Shown here in pieces: positions 16,391 to 26,322 of a stretch of 32,000 bases of DNA. A model generated the notes under the pieces. It worked only from the letters and a program-made list of their open reading frames with translations. It was not told where the DNA came from and searched no databases. This DNA is from Pseudomonas aeruginosa (lineage in GTDB: Bacteria > Pseudomonadota > Gammaproteobacteria > Pseudomonadales > Pseudomonadaceae): NCBI RefSeq assembly GCF_001457615.1, contig NZ_LN831024.1:5460001-5492000 (forward strand), written 5' to 3'. The position numbers and the translations under genes are program-made. How positions within the stretch are numbered: position 1 is the stretch's first letter; every line of letters starts with the position of its first letter.

Positions 16391-17545
16391 ATGCCCAACT
16401 CCATCTCCAATTCCTCCCGCCTGCACAGCATCGACGCCCTGCGCGGCCTGGTGATGCTGTTCATGCTGCTCGACCATGTCCGCGAGACCTTTTTCCTGCA
16501 CCGCCAGGTCGGCGACCCGATGGACGTCGCCAGCACCGAGCCGGCGCTGTTCCTCAGCCGCACCCTGGCGCACCTGTGCGCGCCGGTGTTCGTCTTCCTC
16601 ACCGGCCTGTCGGCATTCCTCTACGGCGAGAAGCACCAGGGACGCCGGGCGGTCTCGGCGTTCCTGTTCAAGCGCGGGTTGTTCCTGGTGGCGCTGGAAC
16701 TGACCCTGGTGAACTTCGCCTGGACCTTCCAGTTGCCGCCGACGGTGATCTACCTCCAGGTGATCTGGGCGATCGGCCTGAGCATGCTCGCCCTGGCCGC
16801 CCTGCTCTGGTTGCCGCGCCCTATGCTCGCGGCGCTCGGCGTGCTGCTGGTGGCCGGCCACAACCTGCTCGATCCGCTGCATTTCGCTCCCGGCTCGGCC
16901 TGGCACCTGCCGTGGGCGGTGCTCCACGACCGCGGCTGGATCGAAGCGGGCGATGCCCTGCGCCTGCGCACCTCCTACCCCCTGCTGCCGTGGATCGGTG
17001 TGATCGCCCTGGGCTATGCCGCAGGCAACTGGTTCAGCGGCGCCACGCCGGCAACCACGCGCCGACGCTACCTCCTGGCGGGCGGTGGCGGGCTGCTGCT
17101 CGGCTTCATCCTGCTGCGCCTGCTCAACGGCTATGGCGAGAAACCCTGGGCCTTCGGCGAGACGCCGGCGATCACCCTGATGGGCTTCTTCAACGTCACC
17201 AAGTATCCGCCGTCGCTGCTGTTCCTCGCCCTCACCCTGGGAATCGGCCTGCTGCTCCTGGCCTGGTTCGAACGCCTGGACTGGAGCGGTCGCGGCAAGG
17301 CCCTGGTGGCGTTCGGCGGAGCGCCGATGTTCTTCTACCTGCTGCATCTCTACCTACTGAAGCTGCTGTACCTGCTGGCGCTGGCGATCTGGGGCGCCAA
17401 CCGGGGCGACTACTTCGGTTTCTCCTCGGTGCCGGCGCTATGGCTGTGCAGCATCCTGCTGGCCGTGGCGCTGTACCCGGCGGTGCACTGGTTCGCCGGT
17501 TTCAAGGCGCGGCGGCGGGATATCGCCTGGTTGAAATACTTCTGA
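16391..17545 (+). CDS. DUF1624 / heparan-alpha-glucosaminide N-acetyltransferase-like polytopic membrane protein (function unknown)
   Basis: 384-aa ORF. The N-terminal RLHSIDALRGLVMLFMLLDHVRE is the family signature as I recall it. It has about 10 hydrophobic helices and is divergent from cntO. Confidence 0.85.
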   Translation: MPNSISNSSRLHSIDALRGLVMLFMLLDHVRETFFLHRQVGDPMDVASTEPALFLSRTLAHLCAPVFVFLTGLSAFLYGEKHQGRRAVSAFLFKRGLFLVALELTLVNFAWTFQLPPTVIYLQVIWAIGLSMLALAALLWLPRPMLAALGVLLVAGHNLLDPLHFAPGSAWHLPWAVLHDRGWIEAGDALRLRTSYPLLPWIGVIALGYAAGNWFSGATPATTRRRYLLAGGGGLLLGFILLRLLNGYGEKPWAFGETPAITLMGFFNVTKYPPSLLFLALTLGIGLLLLAWFERLDWSGRGKALVAFGGAPMFFYLLHLYLLKLLYLLALAIWGANRGDYFGFSSVPALWLCSILLAVALYPAVHWFAGFKARRRDIAWLKYF

Positions 17546-17719
17546 GGCGCGGAGCATCCAGGAGCCGCTGGAAACGTCCGGCCCTTCCCCCCCACGGGTA
17601 GGACGAATGATGCGAAGCGTTATCCGCCGGACACAGCAGGCAACCACGCCGACGTCCACCGCCGGCAGGGAAGTAGAAATGAAGGGTTGCGCGGAACTCC
17701 CAGACAACGGAAACGAAAC

Positions 17720-17748
17720 GGCCGGCGGGCGCCTCGCGCCCGCCGGCC
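17720..17748 (-). terminator. Rho-independent terminator downstream of speA (may also act on the convergent + strand gene)
   Basis: Perfect 13-bp GC stem GGCCGGCGGGCGC-ctc-GCGCCCGCCGGCC. On the minus strand it is followed by GUUUCGUUUCCGUU. Confidence 0.7.
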
Positions 17749-17787
17749 ATTGCCTGGTTCGCTTCCCGTCGCCGACGGGCTAGCCAG

Positions 17788-19698
17788 TCAGGACAGGTAC
17801 GCCGAGCGGGTCAGCCCCAGGCGCAGCGCATCCAGGTACTGGTTGCGCTCGCGGGCGGTGAGCTTGGCCCCGGCGACCTTGTCGCGGTAGAGGGTCATCA
17901 GTTCCTCCGGCGACAGGTGCACGTAGCGCAGCATGTCCTCGATGGTGTCGTGGGTCTCGATGCCGGCGTGATAGATGCCGCCGTCTGCGCGCTGGTAGAC
18001 GTTCACCGAGTCGGTGTCGCCGAACAGGTTGTGCATGTCGCCGAGGATCTCCTGGTAGGCGCCGACCAGGAATACCCCGATCAGGTAGTCCTCGCCCTCC
18101 TTCACCTCGTGCACCGGCAGGCTGGTCTCGATGCTCTGCTCGTCGACGTACTGGGTGATCTTGCCGTCGGAGTCGCAGGTCAGGTCCTGCAGTACCGCGC
18201 GCCGATCCGGCTCCTCGCCCAGGCGGTGCAGCGGCAGGATCGGCAGCACCTGGCCGATGGCCCAGGTATCCGGCAGGCTCTGGAACACCGAGAAGTTGCA
18301 GATGTACTTGTCGGCGAGCTTGTCGTTGAGTTCGTCGAGGACCTGCCGGTGGGAGCGCTGGCGGGCCTTGAGCTGGTTGTGCAGGCGCCGGCAGATAGCG
18401 AAGTAGCACTGCTCGGAGAGGGCTTTCTGCGCCAGGCTGATCTTGCCGTCGGCATACTGCGCGGCGGCGTCGCCGATGTAGTGGGTGGCGCGCCAGTAGG
18501 TCTCGGTGACCATCTCGGCATCGGTCGGGCCGAGCAGTTCGGCCAGCCAGCGAACGATCTCCGGCTGCTCGTCGAGATCGACGATCTTCGGCACGTCGTC
18601 GTTGTGCCGCTCGACGTCGGTGACCTGGGTGATCAGCACCGCATGGTGCGCGGTCAGCGCCCGGCCGCTCTCCGAGAAGATGTGCGGATGCGGCAGGCCC
18701 TGGGCGTCGCAGAACTCCTTGAGCATGCCGACCACCACGCCGGCATAGTCATCGATGTCGTAGTTGATCGAGCTGGCGTTGCGCGAATGGGTGCCGTCGT
18801 AGTCGACGCCGAGGCCGCCGCCAACGTCGATGTGATCCACCGGCAGGCCGAGCGCGCGCAGCTCGCCGTAGTAGCGGATGGCTTCCTTGAAGCCGTGCTG
18901 GTAGTCGGCCAGGTTGGCGATCTGCGAGCCCATGTGGAAATGCAGCAGGCGCACGCCCTGGTCGAGACCGGCCTGGCGGAAGCGCTCGACCACCGACAGC
19001 AGCTGGGCGGCGGAAAGGCCGAACTTGGCCTTCTCGCCACCGGTGTCTGCCCACTTCGACGAAGCCAGCGAGGACAGCCGCACGCGCAGGCCGACCTGGG
19101 GCTGCACGCCGACGTTGGCGGCCTCCTCGATCACCAGCTGCACCTCGGATTCCTTCTCGATCACGATGAACACGTTGTGCCCGAGCTTCTGCCCCATCAG
19201 CGCCAGCTTGATGAACTCGCGGTCCTTGTAGCCGTTGCAGACGATGGTGCCGCCCTTCGGGGCCAGCGCCAGCACCGCCATGAGTTCCGGCTTGGAGCCT
19301 GCCTCCAGGCCGATGGAGACGTTCTCGGTGGCGATGATGTTCTCCACCACCGCTTCCTGCTGGTTGACCTTGATCGGATACAGCGCGGTATAGCGGCTCT
19401 GGTATTCGAGGCGCTCGATGTTCGCGTCGAAGGCGCCGGTGAGCTTGCGCACGCGGTCCTGCAAAATATCCGGGAAGCGCACCAGCAGCGGCAGGCTCAG
19501 GCCCGCCTCGCGCAGCTGGCCGACCAGCTCGTAGAGATCGATGGGCGTCGAGTCGGCACCCTGCGGACGCACTTCGACATTGCCGCCATCGTTGATGGCG
19601 AAATAACCCGCACCCCAGTGGCGGATGCCGTATACGCCGCGGCTGTCGGCCACGGTCCAGTTGCTGCCATCGTCTTTGCGAGTCCGTCGAGCGGCCAT
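17788..19698 (-). CDS. speA: Biosynthetic arginine decarboxylase
   Basis: Track ORF 17788..19818(-), trimmed to [33 protein letters not shown] at complement 19696-19698, with GAGGAG upstream. This gives 636 aa, the length I recall for SpeA. It shows full-length similarity to PLP-dependent SpeA (..YPIKVNQQ.. lysine region). Confidence 0.97.
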   Translation of the reverse strand: MAARRTRKDDGSNWTVADSRGVYGIRHWGAGYFAINDGGNVEVRPQGADSTPIDLYELVGQLREAGLSLPLLVRFPDILQDRVRKLTGAFDANIERLEYQSRYTALYPIKVNQQEAVVENIIATENVSIGLEAGSKPELMAVLALAPKGGTIVCNGYKDREFIKLALMGQKLGHNVFIVIEKESEVQLVIEEAANVGVQPQVGLRVRLSSLASSKWADTGGEKAKFGLSAAQLLSVVERFRQAGLDQGVRLLHFHMGSQIANLADYQHGFKEAIRYYGELRALGLPVDHIDVGGGLGVDYDGTHSRNASSINYDIDDYAGVVVGMLKEFCDAQGLPHPHIFSESGRALTAHHAVLITQVTDVERHNDDVPKIVDLDEQPEIVRWLAELLGPTDAEMVTETYWRATHYIGDAAAQYADGKISLAQKALSEQCYFAICRRLHNQLKARQRSHRQVLDELNDKLADKYICNFSVFQSLPDTWAIGQVLPILPLHRLGEEPDRRAVLQDLTCDSDGKITQYVDEQSIETSLPVHEVKEGEDYLIGVFLVGAYQEILGDMHNLFGDTDSVNVYQRADGGIYHAGIETHDTIEDMLRYVHLSPEELMTLYRDKVAGAKLTARERNQYLDALRLGLTRSAYLS

Positions 19699-19946
19699 GC
19701 GCGGTGATCTCCTCAATGTTCGGGGTCGGGCGGGCGCCGGGATCTCCGGATGGCCCTGGCCGGCACGCCTGTGGTGGAGGCTAGCCGGAGGATGTGACGT
19801 TGCCGTGTTGACCGCCACACTGGGCGGTAGTTTAGGAAAGCCGAGGAAATCCGCTCATGCGGGTATCCGCAGTCTCCCATCTAGGGAAAGGGCTGGCGCG
19901 GCCTCGCGGTGCCGGACCTGCCCGCTCTCTGCAGGGGAGAACGCGG

Positions 19947-20318
19947 TCAGCCGCCGGACTTCTTCGCCTTGAAACCGCGCTTGAGGAGTTCGTCGATCAG
20001 CAGTTCGACATGCTCGCCCTGGATCTCCACCACGCCGTCCTTGAGACTGCCGCCGGTGCCGCAGCGCCGCTTCAGCGCGCTGGCCAGCTCCTTGAGCGCA
20101 TCGCCGGCGAGCGGCAGGCCACTGATGGTGGTCACCGTCTTGCCGCCGCGGCCCTTGGTCTCGCGGCGCACGCGCGCGATCCCGTCGCCGACAGGCGCTA
20201 CGGCCTGCCCGCAGATGCAGGCGTCTTTGGGTTGCTGGCAGTCCGGGCAATGCCGGCCGCCATCCGTGGAATACACCAGCCCGCCGAGGGCGGACAGGGA
20301 CGAAGCTTTTTTGACCAC
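19947..20318 (-). CDS. yciH: SUI1/eIF1-family translation initiation factor-like protein YciH
   Basis: 123-aa ORF starting with GTG (complement 20316-20318), with GGGGGA upstream. The C-terminal SUI1 domain reads RRETKGRGGKTVTTISGL...LKRRCGTGGSLKDGVVEIQGEH. Confidence 0.88.
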   Translation of the reverse strand: MVKKASSLSALGGLVYSTDGGRHCPDCQQPKDACICGQAVAPVGDGIARVRRETKGRGGKTVTTISGLPLAGDALKELASALKRRCGTGGSLKDGVVEIQGEHVELLIDELLKRGFKAKKSGG

Positions 20319-20446
20319 CGGGCGTTTCCCCCAGAATGGCCTCGACGGGCCAGGTCAACAACGATGGCCGGCGGGAGCCGACCGCGACGCCCCACTCAGG
20401 CAGGGGCTGCGCAGGGCGGCATGGGGACCGCCCGAAAAGGTCGCGC

Positions 20447-20475
20447 AATTTAGCAGCATTGCGAGCAAATGCTAA
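20447..20475 (-). promoter_or_regulatory. Weak sigma70-like promoter candidate for yciH
   Basis: Minus strand reads TTAGCA (20470-20475), a 17-nt spacer, then TAAATT (20447-20452). It overlaps an AGCATT-N7-AATGCT inverted repeat. Confidence 0.3.
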
Positions 20476-20520
20476 GAGCGAAAATGCGCCATTGATCGGT
20501 GAAATGGCGACATCCGCGGC

Positions 20521-21057
20521 TCAGGCGTCCAGGTACAGGCGCAACGCCTGCAGGGAATCGGGGCAGTACGGCAGGCTGCGAGCCTCCTCCAGCGCCAGTT
20601 CGGGACGGATGAAGCGGGCCTCGGAGATTTCCTCCGCCTGCAGGCGCAAGGGCGCATCGGAGACGGCGGAAAACACCGCGCACCAGAGCCGGTTGCCCGG
20701 TTCGTCGAAGAAGAAGCGACCATGTTCGCGCAGGACCGCGTCGCGGATTCCCAGCTCTTCCTCCAGTTCGCGGGCGGCGGAGTCGGCGTAGGGCTCGCCG
20801 GCCTGGACCATGCCGCCGGCGGCGAGGTCCCAGTACCCGGGATAGACCGCCTTGCTCAGGGTCCGGCGCTGCACGCACAGCTCGCCGGCGGAGTTGAACA
20901 GCAGGATGAAGGTGCCGCGACCGATCAGCCCGCGCTCGCGCAGCTCCGCGCGCGGCAGGCTACCGAGCGGGCGGTCCTGCTCGTCGACCCAGGCGATGAG
21001 TTCGGCGTCGGAGGCGGCCCGGTGGGCCACCTCTTCGGCGCTGATCGGCGCGGCCAT
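20521..21057 (-). CDS. NUDIX hydrolase
   Basis: 178-aa ORF with the Nudix box GGMVQAGEPYADSAARELEEELGI (GX5EX7REUXEEXGU). Its start lies 3 nt after the stop of the upstream DUF2333 gene. Confidence 0.9.
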   Translation of the reverse strand: MAAPISAEEVAHRAASDAELIAWVDEQDRPLGSLPRAELRERGLIGRGTFILLFNSAGELCVQRRTLSKAVYPGYWDLAAGGMVQAGEPYADSAARELEEELGIRDAVLREHGRFFFDEPGNRLWCAVFSAVSDAPLRLQAEEISEARFIRPELALEEARSLPYCPDSLQALRLYLDA

Positions 21058-21060
21058 GGG

Positions 21061-22131
21061 TCAGCCCTGGGAAAGCAGCTGGCGCAGGTCGATCACCGCG
21101 GCGTTGGCGCGGGAAATGTAGTTGGCCATCACCAGCGAGTGGTTGGCCAGGATGCCGTAGCCGCTGCCGTTCAGCACCATCGGGCTCCACAACGGCTCCT
21201 GCGCGGCCTCCAGTTCGCGGATGATCTGCCGCACGCTGACCGTGGCGTTCTTCTTCGCCAGCACGTCGGCGAAGTCGACCTCGATGGCGCGCAGCAGGTG
21301 CGACAGCGCCCAGGCCTGGCCCCGGGCCTCGTAGAAGACGTTGTCGATCTGCAGCCAGGGGGTTTCCTGGACCACTTCCTCGACCTTGGGCGCCTCGCCC
21401 GGCTGTACCTCTTCGGGGTTCTTGATGTTGGTGTTCAGCTTGACCCGGCCGACGCTCGCCGACAGGCGCTGGGACAGCGAGCCCAGGCGGGTGGCGACGT
21501 CGCCCAGCCAGTTGTTCAGGTTGTCGGCGCGGGCATAGAACTGCGCGTTGGGCTGGTTCGGGTCGGACAGACGGGCCAGGTAGCGATCCAGCGACTTGAT
21601 GCCTTCCTGGTACTCCGACTCGGACGCCGGCAGCGCCCAGCTCTTGTTGTCGAAGTTGAAACGCGGCTCGGCGCGAGCCAGGTCGGCGTCCTCGGTGGAC
21701 TGCGACTGCGAACGGGCGAAATCCTTGCGCAGCGCCCGGCTGATGTCGCGCACCTGGACCAGCACGCCATACTCCCAGCTGGGCATGTTGTCCATCCAGA
21801 TGCCCGGCGGGAAGATGTCGTTGGAGATGTAGCCGCCCGGCTTGGTCAGCAGGGTATCGACTACTTCCTTGAGGGTCTCCACCGTGGTGTAGCCGGTGAC
21901 CATCTGCCGCCCGGCGCGCTCGGCGGCGGCCTGGGCGTCCTGCTGCACGGGGAACAGGTCGGGTTCCTGGCTCCAGTACCAGCCGACCAGCATCGCCACC
22001 AGCAGGTAGATGCCCAGCAGGCCTCCCACCACGCGCACCAGCCAGGGGCCGCCGAAGTAGGTACGCACATCATCCACGGAATTGTCCACGCGATCGCGCA
22101 TGGTCCCACGACGCTTCTTCCAGTCCAGCAT
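21061..22131 (-). CDS. DUF2333-like protein with an N-terminal membrane anchor
   Basis: Track ORF 21061..22233(-), trimmed to MLDWKKRRGTMRDR... (ATG at complement 22129-22131, AAGGA 9 nt upstream). It has a single TM segment, LVRVVGGLLGIYLLVAMLVGWYW. The family assignment is from memory. Confidence 0.78.
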   Translation of the reverse strand: MLDWKKRRGTMRDRVDNSVDDVRTYFGGPWLVRVVGGLLGIYLLVAMLVGWYWSQEPDLFPVQQDAQAAAERAGRQMVTGYTTVETLKEVVDTLLTKPGGYISNDIFPPGIWMDNMPSWEYGVLVQVRDISRALRKDFARSQSQSTEDADLARAEPRFNFDNKSWALPASESEYQEGIKSLDRYLARLSDPNQPNAQFYARADNLNNWLGDVATRLGSLSQRLSASVGRVKLNTNIKNPEEVQPGEAPKVEEVVQETPWLQIDNVFYEARGQAWALSHLLRAIEVDFADVLAKKNATVSVRQIIRELEAAQEPLWSPMVLNGSGYGILANHSLVMANYISRANAAVIDLRQLLSQG

Positions 22132-22483
22132 GGCAAGGGTCCTTAAAACAGCTCGATAGATGGGGGATTGGACCATGGCGAACGCGTTCCGTGCCAAGCG
22201 CCAACCCTTCCAGGACGCCGAAAACCTCGGCATCGTCGGCTTTCAGCGTAGTGGAAGCCGGTTTTGTGCCGGAATGCTCAGTGAGAATTTTCCGAAACAG
22301 GCATAAGCATGCCGTAGTCCGTCGCACAAAGGCACCCACCAACAGGTGGGGATGACATTTGGAAAAGAAAAGGCTCCTCTCGTCAGCCGCCCAACGGCCG
22401 CTGGCTTTCATGGCGATAGGTGATAGCATAGAGCCATCATTCGCAGCGACGCTCTGCCGCGAAGACCACGAAAGAAGCGCGTC

Positions 22484-24112
22484 ATGATGACCGAGCACGA
22501 TGACCCGACCCTGGACCGCCTGAAGCACCACTTCGCCCAGCGAGTGATCAACCAGGCGCGCCAGGTTCTGGAGGTCTGGCAACGCCTGACCCGCGCGGAG
22601 TGGAACAGCGACGGCATGGAAGAACTGGCCGACGCCACCCTGCGCCTGCAGCGCTACGCCGAACGCTTCGAGCAAGCCGAGCATGCCCAGTTGGCCGGTG
22701 CCATCGACCGTACCCTGGACGTCGTCGAGGCCAACCGCGGCCGGCTTTCCAGCGAGTCGATCAGCGAACTCAACCAGTTGATGCAGCGCCTGTCGCGCAC
22801 CGGCCTGCGGCATGGCGACCAGCTCGAGCACACCGTCCTGCCGCCGTTGCGCAAACCGGTCTACCTGGCACTGAAGGACCGCGAACGCGCCGAGCGCCTG
22901 GCCCAGCAACTGGAATTCTTCGGTCTGCAGGCGCTGAGCTGCGAGACCGCCGACGCCTTCCGCGCCAGCATGCGCGAACGCTACCCGGCGGCGATCGTCA
23001 TGGAAGTCGATTTCGCCGGCCCCGACATGGGCCTGCGACTGGCCAGCGAGGCCCAGGCCGGCCTCGAACACAAGCTGCCGGTGCTGTTCTTCAGCGACAG
23101 CGAGACCGACACACCGACCCGCCTGGCCGCGGCCCGTGCCGGCGGCCAGGAATTCTTCACCGGCACCCTGGACGCCTCCAGCGTGCTGGAAAAGATCGAG
23201 ACCCTCAGCCGCCTGAGCTTCTACGAGCCCTACCGGGTACTGATCGTCGACGACTCCCGGGCCCAGGCGCTGCACACCGAGATGGTCCTCAACAGCGCCG
23301 GGATCATCACCCGCGCACTCACCGAGCCACTGTCGGTGATGGCCGAGCTGAGCGACTTCCAGCCCGACCTGATCATCCTCGACATGTACATGCCCGAGTG
23401 CCTGGGCACCGAATTGGCCAAGGTGATCCGCCAGCACGAGCGCCACGTCAGCGTGCCGATCATCTACCTGTCCGCCGAGGACGACCTGGACAAGCAGCTG
23501 GACGCCATGAGCGAAGGCGGCGACGACTTCCTCACCAAGCCGATCCGCCCGCGCCACCTGATCGCCACCGTGCGCACCCGCGCCAGCCGCGCGCGCAGCC
23601 TGAAGGCGCGGATGGTGCGCGACAGCCTGACCGGCCTGTACAACCACACCCATACCCTGCAACTGCTCGAGGACGCCCGTCTGCGCGCACGTCGCGATGG
23701 CCGTCCGCTGAGCTTCGCGATGCTCGACATCGACCACTTCAAGCAGGTCAACGACCGTTTCGGCCACCCCATGGGCGACCGGGTGATCAAGGGCCTGGCG
23801 CTGTTCCTCAAGCAACGCCTGCGCAAGACCGACCACATCGGCCGCTATGGCGGCGAAGAGTTCGCCGTGGTCCTTCCGGACACCGACCTGGACGCCGCGC
23901 GCCTGGTGCTCGACGAGATTCGCCAGCGCTTCGCCGAGATCCACTACCCGGCGCAACCGACCGACCTGCGCTGCACCTTCAGTTGCGGCATCGCCGAGCT
24001 GACCCCGGACCTCGATATCAAGAGCATGGCCAAGCAGGCCGACGAAGCGCTGTACCGGGCCAAGCACGGCGGGCGCAACCGGATCGAGGTATATCGTCCC
24101 GACGCTCGATAA
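22484..24112 (+). CDS. gcbA: Response-regulator diguanylate cyclase (helical N-domain + degenerate REC + REC + GGDEF)
   Basis: 542-aa ORF. The receiver reads RVLIVDDS...DLIILDMYMP...LTKP. The GGDEF domain has an active-site GGEEF and an RxxD I-site (RKTD) 5 residues upstream. The gene name is from memory of the P. aeruginosa orthologue. Confidence 0.88.
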   Translation: MMTEHDDPTLDRLKHHFAQRVINQARQVLEVWQRLTRAEWNSDGMEELADATLRLQRYAERFEQAEHAQLAGAIDRTLDVVEANRGRLSSESISELNQLMQRLSRTGLRHGDQLEHTVLPPLRKPVYLALKDRERAERLAQQLEFFGLQALSCETADAFRASMRERYPAAIVMEVDFAGPDMGLRLASEAQAGLEHKLPVLFFSDSETDTPTRLAAARAGGQEFFTGTLDASSVLEKIETLSRLSFYEPYRVLIVDDSRAQALHTEMVLNSAGIITRALTEPLSVMAELSDFQPDLIILDMYMPECLGTELAKVIRQHERHVSVPIIYLSAEDDLDKQLDAMSEGGDDFLTKPIRPRHLIATVRTRASRARSLKARMVRDSLTGLYNHTHTLQLLEDARLRARRDGRPLSFAMLDIDHFKQVNDRFGHPMGDRVIKGLALFLKQRLRKTDHIGRYGGEEFAVVLPDTDLDAARLVLDEIRQRFAEIHYPAQPTDLRCTFSCGIAELTPDLDIKSMAKQADEALYRAKHGGRNRIEVYRPDAR

Positions 24113-24189
24113 TGGCCTTTTGCCATCAGCCGGTAACCGAACGGAAATAACCTGCGGTCTCGCCGTTCCGTAGTCGGACGAGACTCGCC

Positions 24190-26163
24190 ATGCGCCTCAA
24201 GCAACTCACCAACCTCAACACCCTGCTCCTGCTCACCGTCTGCCTCGCCCTGGGAATCACCCTGTGGTGGTCGCAACGCGCCATGGAGCGGCCCTTCCAG
24301 TTGCTCGACCAGTACCTGGAGCTGTCGCAGCGCTTCGACGAACAGGTCGCGCGCAACATCCGCCAGTACCTCGGCAGCGGCGACGCCGTGCGCCAGCAGG
24401 CCGCGCTGCAAGCCCTGGAAAGCCTCGCCGAGGCCTTGCCGGAGCTACCGCCGGACCTCGCCCGGACCCTCGCGCCAAGCCTCGCGGAGTTGCGCGAATT
24501 CAGTGCCGGCGACCTGCTCGCCGCCGGCAAGCTCGCCGGCGACCCGCAGGGCCTGCTGCTACAGGCCGAGCGCGACCTCACCGGCAACCTGGAACAATGG
24601 TCCGCCTACCTGGACGCCGCGGCGGGGCAGCCCCAGGCCGGCGCCTACCGCACCCCGCTGCTGCTCGCCAGCCTGCACCTGACCCGCCTCAGCCTGGCCC
24701 GCGCCAAGCTGGTGGAAAGCGCCAACCCGGCCCTGGCCGGCGACGTCGAGCGCGAATTGGCCAACCTGCGCGAGCAGGCCGGGCGGATCGAGGCCTTGCC
24801 GCTGCTCGGCGTGCTCGACGAGCAACGCTCGGCCAGCGACGACTTCGCCGCCATGATGGGGCTGGCCGGCGACGCCGAGGCTGGCGCCGGCAATGCCGAA
24901 GACCGCGGCGTGGCGCTGCGGCGCGAACTCGCCAGCCTGCTGCAACGCTATCCGGACGAGTTGCGCCGCACCCGCGACCTGATCGAGCGTCGCCAGCAAC
25001 TGTCCGCCGACACCGGCGCCAGACTGGACGCGGTGCGCCAGGCCCTGGCCACCCTGGAACCGCAGGTGCGCGGCGAACGCCAGCGCCTGCAAGGCCAGGT
25101 ACGCCTGATCCAGGGTGGGATGATCGCCCTGATCCTGCTCATCGCCCTCGCCATCGACAGCCTGCAAAGACGCCTGGCGCGGGTCCTCGGGCAACTGGTG
25201 CCGGCGCTCTCGGCCTGGGCCGACGGCGACTTCTCGCGCCCCATATCCCTGCGTACCCGCACCGAGGACCTGCGCAACCTGGAAGATTCGCTGAACCGCC
25301 TGCGCAGCTTCCTCGCCGAGCTGGTCGGCGCGATCCACCGCCGCGCCGAACAGGTCGCCGGCAGCAGCCAGACCCTGGCCGAGGTCAGCAGCGGCCTGCA
25401 CGCCGGGGTCGAGCGCCAGGCCGGCGATACCGGGCAGATCCGCGACGCCCTCGGCGACATGGAAGCGGCGATCCAGCAGGTCGCCGGAGACGCCAGCCAG
25501 ACCGCCGACGCCAGTCGCAGCGCAGGCCAGGCAGTGGAGCATGGCCAGCGGGTGATCGGCGAGAGCCTGGGCGGCCTGCGCGAGCTGGTCGACGAGGTGC
25601 AAGGCAACGCCCAGTCGATCGAGCGCCTGGCCGAGGAGTCGGCGACCATCGGCAGCGTGCTGACGGTGATCCGCTCGATCGCCGAACAGACCAACCTGCT
25701 CGCCCTCAATGCCGCCATCGAGGCCGCCCGCGCCGGCGACCAGGGCCGCGGCTTCGCCGTGGTCGCCGAGGAAGTCCGCTCGCTGGCCCAGCGCACCGCC
25801 GGCGCCACCGAGGAGATCCAGCAGCTCATCGGCCGCCTGCAACAGGCCGCGCGGCAATCGGTGGAGGCCATGCGCAGCCAGGTCGAGCATGCCGAACGCA
25901 CCGCCGAACAGGCCGGCGCGGCGGAAGGCGCGCTGGACGAAGTGGTCGCCGCGATCCATACCATCGGCGTGATGGCCGAACGCATCGCCGAAGGCTCGAC
26001 CCAGCAGAGCCAGGCGGTCGGCGAGATTCGCTCGCACAGCGAACGCATCCACGCCCTGGGCGGGGAAAACCTGCGGCTGATCGGCCATAGCCGCGAACAG
26101 GGCGAGCAACTGCGGCAACTGGGCGGCGACCTGCGCACCACGGTGCAGGCCTTCCGCCTGTGA
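24190..26163 (+). CDS. ctpL: Methyl-accepting chemotaxis protein (phosphate chemoreceptor CtpL)
   Basis: 657-aa ORF. It has an N-terminal TM helix, a long helical periplasmic domain, a second TM helix, HAMP, and the conserved MCP signalling hairpin [38 protein letters not shown]. Confidence 0.9.
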   Translation: MRLKQLTNLNTLLLLTVCLALGITLWWSQRAMERPFQLLDQYLELSQRFDEQVARNIRQYLGSGDAVRQQAALQALESLAEALPELPPDLARTLAPSLAELREFSAGDLLAAGKLAGDPQGLLLQAERDLTGNLEQWSAYLDAAAGQPQAGAYRTPLLLASLHLTRLSLARAKLVESANPALAGDVERELANLREQAGRIEALPLLGVLDEQRSASDDFAAMMGLAGDAEAGAGNAEDRGVALRRELASLLQRYPDELRRTRDLIERRQQLSADTGARLDAVRQALATLEPQVRGERQRLQGQVRLIQGGMIALILLIALAIDSLQRRLARVLGQLVPALSAWADGDFSRPISLRTRTEDLRNLEDSLNRLRSFLAELVGAIHRRAEQVAGSSQTLAEVSSGLHAGVERQAGDTGQIRDALGDMEAAIQQVAGDASQTADASRSAGQAVEHGQRVIGESLGGLRELVDEVQGNAQSIERLAEESATIGSVLTVIRSIAEQTNLLALNAAIEAARAGDQGRGFAVVAEEVRSLAQRTAGATEEIQQLIGRLQQAARQSVEAMRSQVEHAERTAEQAGAAEGALDEVVAAIHTIGVMAERIAEGSTQQSQAVGEIRSHSERIHALGGENLRLIGHSREQGEQLRQLGGDLRTTVQAFRL

Positions 26164-26322
26164 CCCTGCGGCGACGTGCCGCAAGGCGCCAGAGGAACCG
26201 TCTGGCTTCGGACCGGTCGGATACCGCTCAGCGGAACCGGGGCAGGACCTGATCAGCCGCACGGGGCTCGATCGGGCCCGGCTTTCCGCTATCATTCCGG
26301 CTTTTGATCCGACGAGATATCC

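Noticed and set aside
17585-17640. REP-like element (GGGTAGGACGAATGATGCGAAGCGTTATCCGCC) in the region downstream of speA
   Set aside because: It resembles the GTAGGA...GCGTTATCC type of Pseudomonas repetitive extragenic palindrome, but the left arm is not complementary to the right arm. There is only one copy in the window, so I cannot support the call without a genome-wide comparison.
24113-24189. Possible Pho box upstream of ctpL (TTGCCATCAGCCGGTAAC)
   Set aside because: By my own count only about 10 of 18 positions match the CTGTCATAAAACTGTCAT-type consensus, which is too weak to call. ctpL may instead be read through from gcbA or use a site I cannot recognise.
26166-26185. Hairpin TGCGGC-gacgt-GCCGCA just after the ctpL stop, as a terminator
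   Set aside because: The stem is only 6 bp with no U-tract, which is not enough to call an intrinsic terminator.
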